A DNA stretch of 64,000 nucleotides, taken from assembly GCA_976226885.1 (NCBI GenBank), contig OZ320317.1:51522001-51586000 (forward strand). Reading direction: 5' to 3'. Under the pieces are notes generated by a model. It saw nothing but the letters and a program-made list of their open reading frames with translations. It did no database searches and was not told the origin of the DNA. Below, one piece after another: positions 25,302 to 37,800 of the stretch. Source of the stretch: Iphione sp. A-MEVVRFRX5 (Eukaryota). Positions within the stretch are counted from its first letter, which is position 1. Each line of letters opens with the position of its first letter. The translations under genes were made by a program, and so were the position numbers.

Positions 25302-28300
25302 TCAAGAAAAGCTGAGCATGACATGAATGATTTGTGACATGCATCCAAATCTCACATTTAAAAGTTATCAGACCACAACTCAGCCTTTTGTATTAATCCC
25401 TGGTTGATTCAAGGCAGCCACTAACCAGTATCTTCATCTACTTGGAGAATATTTCAGCCTTGACATACTGGTGACTAGAATATATATTTATGCGCATTTA
25501 TTTCTGGTGTGATACTATCTGCTAAAATAATTACCTGAAAAACGTAAGGTAGCTATTATATCAGGATATTGAGCCATTATCATTTTAAGTCCATTTCTCA
25601 CGCCAGACGTGCATTATCTAATCGAAATTCAATAGTTGATAATGACAGGGACATACGATTCCATTGACAAGCTTCAACCGATGTTTTCGTGCGACGCCAG
25701 GGATTCATGTTAAGGGCACTGGTTGACTGTACAGAAAAGTACTTTAGAAATAAGCGAAAAAAGTAGAAAAGGAAAGAAATTCTATGGATGCCGCCAATAT
25801 GGTGAAGGGCTACTCCTCAAATCCATGAAAGAGAAATTAATACGCTTCCTGTAGTCTAGTGTGAAAAGTGTAATAGACATGTAAGAAATGGCAGACGACT
25901 TTAATCGCACGTTTTGGGCGTTTGACGGTAAAATGACTGCTTGGGTGAGATCACTATTTGAATCTTCTGTTCGAAACGACCACATTTGGCAGACATTTCT
26001 GTCATCTGTCATGGCATGGCACGCTCCTCCAAGTAACCTCTACAACCCTGACTGAAGGTTACCACAATCACGCACAAGAGGGTACATCACAGAGGCCGTC
26101 AAGTGGTCAGAGAGCGAGACCGCATCAGGCTGTTGAATCCCCTTCCACCACAAATGAATCCAATGAGCATATGTATGTGAAAAACACGACACGCATTCAG
26201 CCGTATTTTTAGCATTCCTCAACAGGTTTATCAGGTGAACATTCTGAAAAGGTTCAGTCTCGCAGGAATATCCGACATCAGAGATGACAGAATAAAAAAC
26301 GCATTTTGCGTCTGTTTTCCTCACAAAGACAAACTTTATAGACCTAGCCGGGTTTAGTCATGTGCCAAATGTTTGTGAAAACTAGGAGTTTACACTAAAA
26401 AATGTATTATCAATAGATTTACTAACGACGTTGAATGAATTTTTATATGCATATATGTACTTCAATAGGGTGGGGTTGCACTGCAGGTGACTGAAAAGAA
26501 CCATTTTATGAAGAACTTTCAAGTTGTGATTTTATCCAAGGGAAAGTTGATCAACTGGTTTAGCTAGATCGTGTTACGTGACCAGACAGTATCATTAGAT
26601 TGATTAGATACGTAACGACAATATATGTCGATATAAAGTAGATTGCTTGTACAAAGAAACAAGCATAGGCCTCTATAAATACCTAATTGAATTGACTGAA
26701 TTATAGTATGTCAGGTGAAAGATGCGCGAAGAAGGGATAATGATGAATAAACACGTTTCATTTCCCAATAACGAAGAGTGCAAATACCCGATTTATTTTG
26801 GTTTTAGAATAGTTTATTGAACACATAATATCACAAAACAGATATATGGTTTTCTAAGCTACACTTGTCATTCACCGGAAGAACCCTTTGTGCAATACCA
26901 TGGAAAACTGAATAATCTATTATTACGATTATTGTTATATCCTATTATTGTGTTCACCCGCCGATGGATAAAAACTCAAACTTGCGGGAATATAAGGAAG
27001 GTTTCACGAAAGCCCCAACCAAGGATGAAGGGGACACCAAGTAAAGAAATCCAGCCCTTCTCCTGCTGAAAGGATATGCAAGTTTCTATCCTTCTGTTAT
27101 TTAGGTGATTTAGTGATGGTAAAATTCGCCTTAATCGGACTACGAGCACCACAAATACCCCCATGCAATTATGATATCATGTGGAATGTTCACATATACT
27201 CAAGGAAATACCTCAGAGAGACAGGCAGCGACAGACAAAGAGGGAGAACATGAAATGGTTTTAAATACATAATATGTATGTAACAGAATGCTACGTTTAC
27301 GAGTATAACTAGGGATGCTGAATTTGTTATTTTAGCATACCGATGGACTTTTCTAGCTTACAGTACAGGCACACACACGAACACAAGAACACACACAAAA
27401 CGACCTCATAGATGCACGGCCTGGGAACAAGAGTGAAAGGTTCATTATAGTCAGACAAGATAATTTGACACGGCGGCCCATCCGTTTCCGAAATACCTGG
27501 TAATATCATATGTAGACGGGATCCATATACGGCCAACAAATAGAAACATTATAATAATCTCAGTGTCATACTTGATAATGGCCGATTTTTATTCCTCCGC
27601 CATCAAAATTAACAACGGGACAAAAAGGAAAGAATCAAATGTACGTGTATGTTTTTAATTGAAAAGTAAACTAATTTGAGGGTTACGCTACATAAAATAC
27701 ATGTAGTACTCTTAGTGGTTTTCCAGTGAAAGTGACTAGTTTTGGGCATAAAAACGAAACTAGGTAGAGATAATGACTCATTATAACATCTTAAATAAAG
27801 TAGACAAGCACGTACCATACACACATAAAATCAGCCGACAAATACCATGATGGCCAGGTGCAGTGTTCTATTATCATTATATCCTTATTAGGAAGTTTCA
27901 GATGGTTCAATGTAGAAGAACACATGTATCAACAGAGATTGGCCTCTGGAATGAAGTGCAAGAGGAACTAAAGAGGACAGGAAATATAAAAAAAGTTCCT
28001 CCACAGACTGAAGAACATATTATACAGAGCAATGAAACACTAGAAGTATATGTAAGAAATGCAAGATTTGTGAAACGTATCTAGATATGTGTTCTGTATG
28101 ATACTTGCTTTCTGTCATGTAGTGAAAAGCTTCCGCATTTGTAGATGATCTATGACAATAAACTACAATTACAATTACAATATACATGTACCTGGGAGAT
28201 GCAGCACCATTTGATAGTTGGCCTGTGGTTTCCCACTGATCTGTCATGGAACGCAGCTGTATAAGCGATACCTTGTTCAGTAACCAAAATAGTTCTATGT

Positions 28301-29203
28301 GTGCATCAATGAACACGGCACGATGTCTGTTAAGATGGTTTGCATGTTACATAATATCTATAAGTCATAAAATCACCGGTCATACAGTTCCGTTACATGC
28401 AAAGGGTGACATATGATAGGCGTATGGCTTTCTCAGCAAAAACACATTGATATCCTTTACATGTGTACAAGTAGGCCCTATTTGTATACAAATGTACTCT
28501 GTTTCTTCAAATTCGGAGTTATTTCTAAGATCTCTCCACTGCCTTTATCATATACGTAACTCCAACGGTTTACAAACCTTTATCCTACTTCTCGAAGGGA
28601 ATGCTACTTTTCAAGTTTGTATCAAAGCTTCAGTCTGGTATCCAATACCAGCTGCATTGGACCGTGGATACTTCGATATGTCTGATTGGGCGTGAGGAAA
28701 AATGCTACAAACGTGACAAGAATCTACAATGTGTAGAGAGAGAGAGAGACATTGTAAGGTTTCGCAGTAAAAGAGCATGGTCTCAAATACTTATTTGATC
28801 CGTACACAATTTGTGATACGTGCAGCCTGAAAAACTACATGTACATGTATATGTTAGGCATAAAGCCGGACAACTATAGGTTAGTGGCGGTTTGGAGTGT
28901 TTTCTATTGGACATATGGCTGAGACTTGTCCCCGAAAAAGCTCTCCGTGTATGCTATAATCTTGAACACAGTGGTAAATATTGAGCAATGATTTTTTAAA
29001 TCTCTTCAGCGCGAGGTGCACTCAACGTAAACACGTCACCTACCAGGCGCCGAAGCTTGGGGCGTGATGGGACAAATGCACATTCATGGGGCCCAAACTC
29101 TACACCGCCCTTCACTCGAACTACTTCAGTGGCCCATGCGCAGTCGATTGACGATATTTGAGCTTTCATTAAGGGTGAACAGTGTCATGTTTGCATATAT
29201 GTG

Positions 29204-29372
29204 CAGGCCCGTAGCCAGGAAGTTTTGTGGGGGGTATCGGACGATACCCCCAGTACAGCAGGGGTGGAACTAATTTTTGTCATTTCTATAACAATCTTAA
29301 TGCATTAAAGGCATTAATGTCTATAGGGGGGTATCGGACGATACCCCCGATACCCCCTTGGCTACGGGCCTG
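29204..29372. mobile_element. hAT-like MITE (169 bp) with 8-bp TSD
   Basis: Perfect 14-bp TIR CAGGCCCGTAGCCA / TGGCTACGGGCCTG; flanks tatatgtg and tatgtgtg (7/8); two internal copies of gggggtatcggacgataccccc. Confidence 0.8.
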
Positions 29373-29879
29373 TATGTGTGCATGTGTGTATGCACAAATA
29401 GAGCAATTTAACATCTTCGCACTACACGCGACGAAGGCGCTGTCTTTGATAAAACAAACCCTGCCCGTTTGTTGTATGTATGGCACGTTCGAACTCCATG
29501 TGTAATTCGACAAAATGTACACTGACAAAATTCAATGCCCACAATGGCAACAATCGCCGTGACACTGTAATAAAGTACTGTGCTTAATAACTTAATGTAT
29601 TTTGACTCCCCTTTAACTCAATATGCTTTCATTTAACCACGCATACTTCTATAAATGTAGTTGCACCATACAACCGACACAGATCTATGCAATACTATTG
29701 AAAGAGTTTAATGTAAGGTATTCCCAGGATGCGGTTAAATGCAGCCAAAGAAAGGCCAACAGCCAAGTCATGGTTTGTAAGGGATTGGTACGCCGGTACA
29801 CGAACCGGAATTAACGTCGGGTCAAAGGTGTAATGGGGATATTTCAAAAATAATCCAACCAGGAAGATGAAAACACAGT

Positions 29880-30055
29880 GACACAGAAAAGAAAAGTGAA
29901 GGAAAAGATGCAAGGAGAGAGGAGGGAGGCAAGGCCGATGGAAAGAGGGAGGCAGGGGAAGCGAAAAACTGAGGGAGAGAGGGACGGAGGGAAGGAGGGA
30001 GGGAAATATAGAGAGAAGCAGAAGGAGAGAGAAGGGGTAGTGAGAGGGAGATGGG
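29880..30055 (+). repeat. Purine-rich (GA) low-complexity tract
   Basis: Almost exclusively G/A on the + strand, with no exact period. Confidence 0.8.
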
Positions 30056-33000
30056 GTATTGTATGGTCAAATGAGTCCGGGCATCATGTGGACACACGAT
30101 TTTCTCCAACGACTCCGGCGAGTCAATTGTTGGACTCGCTGTCTCTGTGCCGAATCAAGTCATGTCCTGTCATGCTCTGAGTGACTTCTGAACCAGTCCG
30201 GAGAGTAGGCACCGTCTGAAATCTTTGGCTCCTAACATTTCAGTGGAGCCATATGCAGTAATTCACGTCTGCCAGCAAACTGGAGTCGTCTGCTGAAGTG
30301 TTCATTCACTATGAAAAATGACATTTATGGCAAGGAACTGTTCACTAGTGATAACCGATCAAAAACATTATCAGAGAGGGAACCATGATTTTAACAGAGA
30401 ATACTGTCATACACGCCATTATTAATGTACAATACAAATATTTCCTTAGGGGGTTCCTTTAATTCTCTTTAAACATAATGTCAAACACAAAACCAGTATA
30501 ATGTACTGGTACTTGTATACCTATGCGGAACGCAAAGAAAGAACTGCCCTGGGAAATGCCGTGTGTATCATTAGCTGTCTCGTGTGTCTCTTTTACGACC
30601 TACTCGAGGCAATCTCTGAATTGATTCCAGCAGCAGGGCTCCCCGGTGCCAGTTGACTCCCTCTCATGGCGCTGTTGGCATACCTTAGTCCCTCGACTTG
30701 GCGTCTACAGTACCTGATTATGCTACCATCGGCGGCCAGGTCTCCTCCGCATAGAATCTTGGTGATCCTGACAATCCTTTTGATCTATTCAAGACCAATT
30801 ATCGTAAAGGTGTTCCGATCTTAACATGTTGAAAGAATTTCGACTTTCCTGACTACGTACTCTACAGGCTTCTCGTTCCGTTTCGAGGGCATTGTTTTTA
30901 GTAATTAAGACATGGAAGAATGGGCACTAGTACCTTTAATTGCCGTTAAGAAGATACTTATGATCTCACGCTTTTCACTATTATTTTACGGCGGAAATAC
31001 TGGACTAATTACCTGCCTGTCTACGTCAAGTAGTATCGTGTAACAGGTACAGGTGGTTGGCAGAGTAAGTACATTGTAGACGCCGTAAAAATGACGCTTT
31101 TCGAGAAAATAAAGAGCAAAAGGACGCACTAAAATGTTCTAATACCCTTTTTGTAAGAACATGGATGGACGGAGGTAAATCATGATGTTTGGCATGCTTG
31201 GGATACTAAAGGAGCACAAGTGCAGATTGGCCTGGGGAAAAAGTCAGGTGACCTGGTCGTAGAGTGAACACCTTCCTCCAGGCTGAATAGTCCCTATTCA
31301 CAACTGCTCCGAGAAAAGCGCAGACATTCTCGGTCAGGTAGGGCCTATGCAGGGTACGAAAGCCTCTCCCTCTTGCATTACTATTTACTCTCGAAACGTT
31401 TTTTCCCTTGTACCGTCTCTGGGTAGGATTTCACACGAACCTGTTTTTCGCATGGACTGCTCGTTACTCCGCATCGATTAGGACATGCATCTATTGGGAT
31501 GGAGTCGGAAAAGTCAATATTTGATGGGCGGTCTGTTTGCATGTTGGTGGCGGTAAAAGATGAGATGTTAAAAAAAGTGGGCCAGTGTCCTTAAGAGCAC
31601 AATATAGATCTCTATAATATCACTTGAATTGTTCGCATTGGCTAGTTTATCTAAGTGTAAGTAGCGTGTGCTTTTCATGAAGATAATCGCTGCTGCATTT
31701 CCTCGTTTTGATTGCTTAGTTGAAATGTTGTACGTATTCAATGAAGCCCTTTGTCAATGTAATGCAGTAGATGCAGAAAATACATCAGACTGGACAATTT
31801 TGGTACTTTTTCACCGTTTGATCTCATTGCGATTCATTTATATATTTGTCTTCTTGACAATACAATCTTGGTCGCTACCGGGGTTTGGTCTCCCTTGTTG
31901 TCTGGTCTATGAGTGTGTCTCCATTGTATACATAAGAATTCTAACAGAAATGATGCATCCCCAGAGACGATGCAAATTTATTGAAAGAAAGCAAGAATAC
32001 TTGGCTAACTTTTGGAGGTCGCTTAACAGGTATCAGGATGCAGCAATACTTCTAACGCAGACGTATTACAGTAACAAAATTATGAGACTTGGAAAGAGAT
32101 TCTTGCCATTCTGCTCCATCTCTCTCTATATATATAATGATGATATTGGAATGGTATATAGTGTGAGATATCCATGGCAATCCAATAATGAAAATACAAT
32201 GTTATTTTTCCCCAGTGGAATTTGCACAATTCAAGAAGCCGTATTCAATTTTAACTGTGTGTACATTTAAGTTGAGGCGATAGAAAACTATATGCATAAT
32301 ATGTGTAGGTGCCCTCTGAAATGGCACAAATTCCATTGCTGTGCATGGCAACCACATTAGTGGGCTCATCAAATATTTCAAGAACTCATATGTAGTACAA
32401 GAAAGATTAATTTTGGTTAACCATCCTAAAGGTTTGCTATGGAAATTTAATGTGGTCTCAAACCTGAAATTTCCATAGGGTATGACCTGTGACACAAAAT
32501 ACCGAATTGGAGTGAATCAGAAGCTCCGTTAATGCGAAGTAATATAACATGAGGTGATTGTAGAGAGAACAGTTTGTGCAGGCAGGATAGTCCCCGAGGG
32601 TGTCTCTATACAGGCAAAGATGCCATACTGGTCCGCAGTTTTAAAAATAACAGAAGAACTACGAGTTTGAGGCCAATACGGAATTACTAATCCCTGCTGT
32701 CATGTGCCAAATAAGGTCCTCTAAGATGGATATTGTTAAGGTGTATTCTCACAAACTGGTCAAAGTAGAGGCCTGCAGTTTAAGCTCCATCGAATATTTG
32801 CTGCTCGAGTGACCACGCCCAATTTTCAAAAAGTTTTTATTTCCACTGGATATCTTGTACAAAAGTATATATGTCCAATATATTACTTTGACGTTTACCC
32901 GTTACAGATATGTTTGTACTTAACACAATGTAGGCGTATCTGTTTGTATAGGTGGTATGGATGGTATGTTGTGGTTAAAAACCTAAGATGTGATTAAGGC

Positions 33001-34605
33001 GATGTGGTACTTAATTTGTATACATGCATATCATCTACCTGTTACAGGATCATATCACACTGTGGTTATTAGAAGGTGTATAGTTGCTTATGTAGGCTGC
33101 ACATGGTAAGGTTAAATATGTATTGTTATTCAATTTTAAAAAGTTATATACTATATACATGTACGTATTAACTATCTATTTAACTTGCTACTACACCACA
33201 GAAATAAAGAATCCTCAGCACACGTCTAAGGTTGATTTCCGTTATCACGCGAAATTGAAACAGGGGCAAAATATATACGTAATATCTATCGATATGAATA
33301 TTTCATTTGCATCGCTTAAAATGGAGGAAACTCAAGTTTGAGGTACATGTACAGGGTCCTGATAACTGTCTGATCAGTCATTAGAGAACAACTGCATATA
33401 CTTTTAATTTTGAAATTAAGATGTTATGTAGTATACATCATCTTACACCACCAACCCATTACTGGTTTCATGCTCTAAATGATTACATACAATACATTTG
33501 GTTGACATATTTTTTTGCTGTATAAATAGGGAGTAATCCATGTCAGTGTACATAATTCGCAGAGTGCATCAGTGCAACAGTGTTTCCCAGCCCGGTCCAG
33601 GTAGAAGTAGAGGTAGAAGCATCTGAAGCGTGAACGTGTGCCATAACCACTAGCCCGCTAAATTTGATGCCCCATAATGACTCTCTCCGAGGTTGTAACT
33701 GCTAAACCAGTGAACGCATACTATGTTTTGTCGTTCAGTGTACATAAATCTGCGGCGTTAAAATGTTCAAATATGGAGAGCTGCTCCTACATCTACTCGC
33801 ACCGTTTTTTTCACACTACGACATATTTGCAGATGTGTAAATTTACACGGACTTCCGTAACAAAAACCTAAATAACAAGAACGTATTCATGAATTGATTT
33901 ACTTCTCGATAAAACAGAAAGATGTTTTAGACTGGCGCACCTAGTTACAAACCAGAGCACAGACCTATGGTGGAAGGAGGGCAGTAAACTTACAAAAGAC
34001 ATATCAGTTGGGGGGATATTGTATGTAAAAAGACATAAGAGATTGCTAAACGGTGACCCTGGTCAACGCATAAAGAGGAAGTTACGTAGACAAACATATT
34101 GCTGTTAGCTCCCTCTAGTTGGGGGGCCCTAAATATTCCAACGGTCAAAATGGACTCAATACGCCAACGAGATCTTGATAGGAAGTTTTTATGTACTTTG
34201 GTTTGGGTTTCGAATGATAACACACCATTATGTTAGGTTTCTGAAATCCGCTGTTTATATTACCTTAGTATGAACGAGGACCAATTTTTAACTATGACCC
34301 GAACTTGGCTGGGAGTTAGGCCCGGTTTCCTTGTGTCCGGAGAATACCTCCGGAGCACGTGCTCCGGGCTCCGGAAAAAAACGAACACACTCATTTTAAC
34401 AGAGGGTGTTCCATGTGTACATGCTCCGTGCTCTGTGCTCCGTGTCCGGAGACAGAAAACGAACAATGTTCGTTTTTTTCCGCACCACGCACACGCACGG
34501 ACCAGTAGGGCAGAGAGATGGGGGTTTTCAGCTGGATAGACACTGTCTATCTCATGATAGATGATGTAAAAAATTATCTAATTTGCATATGATTTATATA
34601 ATAAT

Positions 34606-34769
34606 TGCACAATTTCCACCGATAAGCCTCAATCTCCACGAAAAACTGCACAATTTCCACCGATATGCCTCAATCTCCACGAAAAACTGCACAATTTCCA
34701 CCGATATGCCTCAATCTCCATGAAAAAATGCACAATTTCCACAAATATGCCTCAATCTCCATGAAAAAA
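34606..34769. repeat. Minisatellite, 4 x 41 bp, inside the MITE
   Basis: Unit tgcacaatttccaccgatatgcctcaatctccacgaaaaac starts at 34606, 34647, 34688 and 34729; head-to-tail, no spacers. Confidence 0.95.
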
Positions 34770-34794
34770 TAAAACATGTACATAAATTACTATA

Positions 34795-34796
<2 letters not shown>

Positions 34797-34825
<29 letters not shown>
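34797..34825. repeat. (TC)14 microsatellite
   Basis: Direct reading. Confidence 0.95.
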
Positions 34826-34830
<5 letters not shown>

Positions 34831-37800
34831 TCCGTACACAAGGAAACCGGGCCTCCGTGGATGTGCGGAAAACAGCATATTTTCCGGACTTGACACGCAG
34901 TGCGGAAAAAAATCCGTACACAAGGAAATCGGGCCTTAACCCACCGTTTTAGCGTGCATCCGTGGAGTATATCAGAATCGAACCAGTAGTACGTTGTTCA
35001 ATGAGTGCCAATTTCCCCAGTGTGGATTTTGAAAGTACTGAGTGTAAGATGTGGTACGTTAGGAGTAGGAGACTATAGTATATAAAAATGGTATTTCGTT
35101 CTGAACTATGTGAGTAACTTGGTCCTAGGGGATCATATGGAGGAAGAAGCTGATGCCTTTCTATATCAGACTGACCAATAAGTAGCCGGTTAGAGGTATA
35201 GGACCAGGAAGAGTCCAATGGCTGTGTCAAAACGACATGAGGTGAAATCCTAACAAAGATATGTTTAGCAATAAATGTTGTTTTCTTCAGTTCGATCATC
35301 TCTTTAAATGTATCTGAACAGATCACATGACAAATTATTGACTAAGAACATAGTCATCATTCAGTATAGAAAAATGTGTCTCAGAAAATACATTGATCGC
35401 TCTATAATAACCTCCACTGAGTAACCTATCAGTGTCATTCTTAGAAGCTGCATCTGTAAACAAATCCGGGGAGAAAGCTTTGGAAGCAAATCATCAGAAC
35501 ATAACTTGGGGAAATAGTATTTACGGAACAGAGCTCCATTTGCTGCAATAGTAATACATGTATCGTCACGTTATAAATAAATAGCACTCAAATTATTAAC
35601 AATAAAACAAAACCTTTTGGACATCAGGCAAGTAGAGAATGGGTGGGGAAGGTGGGGACGGTGGGGACAGGCATTTTGGCAGTATGAAAGGTGCCTGGCA
35701 ATGGGAAACAAATGGGAACAGTAGCGGAAGGCATGGAGACACTTGGAGACACTTGGAAAGAGGTGAAGACAGTAAGGAAATGGTAGAGATATTTTGGAGG
35801 GGCTAAAGCACCGAAGAAAGTGGTGGTACACAGTGGGAAATGGTCTATGACAGTAGAAAAAAGGTGGGGACTGTAGCGAAAAGCACTCTGGGGAGGGGGG
35901 GGCAAGGAGAATATGCAGTAGGTAAGGGTTAGAGACAGTATGTTAGGGGTAGAGAAAATGGTAGATGGTTGAGGAAAGAGCGGGAACATGGGAGGAGGGG
36001 GACAGATGGGTTTTTTGGCTACCCCAAAGTCCCTTAGAGGGATAACGTCGGTGAGTAATATATAAGCATGAAATTAAGCAAAACACTATATAAAGATGGC
36101 TATAAATTCATTTCCATCCCGGCACGTCCCGGCACATATTTTCAATATGAGGTATAAAATTGGGAGTGGGGAGAAGACATACGGCTAACATGAATAGGAT
36201 CTAACCAGCAACACATGGTTTTTCAATCGACAGCTACAAAATTAATAGAGGATACTACCTGTCACGGATGTAAACGAAGTCACCATGGAAGCCTTTCAAA
36301 TACAGGTCTGTTGTGCACACCGTGGCAGCTCTATACAGGCAGGGAAGCATGCCGAGCAAATCATTTACCTCGCCGCGACAGTATGCATCATTGGATGGCA
36401 ATGCAAAACATGACAGTACTGTAAATACATAGAGAGCCATCATCACTGTTGACTGAGAAACCGACTCTGACAGAACAAGATAGATGGTGAGTGAGAAAGT
36501 GAGGCAGTTTGTCGAGAATGAAAGTGGGGATATGGAGCATGTCTAAATTACTGAAACAGTTGACCGCAATTCAGCACAATCTGTATCCTTTACCCCATGC
36601 TAATAATAGTTACCACTCCTGAAGTAGAATTATCGATTTAACCTTACCCAAAGCGCATGCCTCAATGAATTGCATTTTTATTTCTGTTGCCATGCCAACG
36701 CACATTTTCCTCCTATTCTCTCCTCGAAAATTATAAGCAGACATGCATCGATTGGAAGCTCAAAGGTATTCAATTCCCGTTTCCTGGCTTCAGAGGTAAT
36801 ATACCGAGAGGCCTTGTAGATTATATCATCATATTTTGATATTTAGAGGACAAAACCATTCCTGTGTCAATCAACCTCTGCATAGACATGTACATATTAG
36901 TACATGGTGCCTATGCAACTTCTTGTACCATGGTGTCTCAAATGCCGCCCATTAAATAGCTTTCTTAAGGTCCTGAACTTAGAATCAGCTGTAGCTACCT
37001 ACTTAGGGCCGGCATTGATATAAGCATTCTAAAATAAAGAAAAAAATATATCCACAATGTAATCTAATAGTATATAATACATATGATTAGCTCAAGAGTT
37101 ATACAAAGAATCATTTTTAGTTAAAGAAGTACCATGTCTTTCATACAAAAAGTTCATGTGTAATTATACATTCGGTACAGGAAAATAGTTAATCGGATGC
37201 AATCAAATGAGATACCTAACCACTAGTGCTACACATCTCAAAGAGGAAAAACCTTATAAAGTCAAGAATCAAAAGAGTGTAAAAGACCGCAAGTGTAAGC
37301 TCAATACTTCGAGCAAGTGGTAGTGAAGTGCTTTCTGTATTCCTTGTATTTTTTATTCTGTGATTTTTTTCTGTTCTTCACTTTCTTCGCTAGAATAATA
37401 ATTATGCTTCGTTTACTGATGTATCTATGAGAAGTGAATAAAACAAATTTCAAATTCAATTTTATTTACAGTTGTCTGGGAAAAGGCTGCAGGTAATGAA
37501 AACTTTGAGAGTGTAAAGTTTAAATAGACAACAGGAAAGGTAGGAAGATACTTGCAGGTTCCCACACATTTCAGCACCTCAAAACACAGGCTCCTGTAGA
37601 ACATCTCTTACAAGAATATTTCACTATGAGAATAGCTTCATTTAAAAACATTAGGAATTAAATGTCTTTTGAATGGGATGATGTGAAATGAATCAGATCT
37701 GGCGTCTTATAGGATAGATAGACATGTCATTGAAAAAAAAATTAGAACTACAATCATGCGACTGTGAAAAGTGGTCTTCAGTCTGTCTTTTTTAAGTCTT

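Larger units (their letters stand above)
34319..34935. mobile_element. PIF/Harbinger-like MITE (617 bp) with TTA TSD
   Basis: tta|GGCCCGGTTTCCTTGTGT ... ACACAAGGAAATCGGGCC|tta; TIR 17/18; a second perfect copy of the right TIR lies at 34836-34853. Confidence 0.85.

Noticed and set aside
31245-31365. Cluster of short hairpins (tgaatag/ctattca, ccgagaa/ttctcgg) suggesting a ribozyme
   Set aside because: No CUGANGA/GAAA core, and no twister or HDV topology could be fitted.
31668-32270. 200-aa ORF (and similar 5296..5877 and 61645..62241)
   Set aside because: Non-ATG or composition-driven, low complexity, no motifs and no splice-consistent exon structure.
34606-34769. 41-bp repeats as a CRISPR array
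   Set aside because: Units are head-to-tail with no unique spacers, lie inside a eukaryotic MITE, and no cas genes are present.
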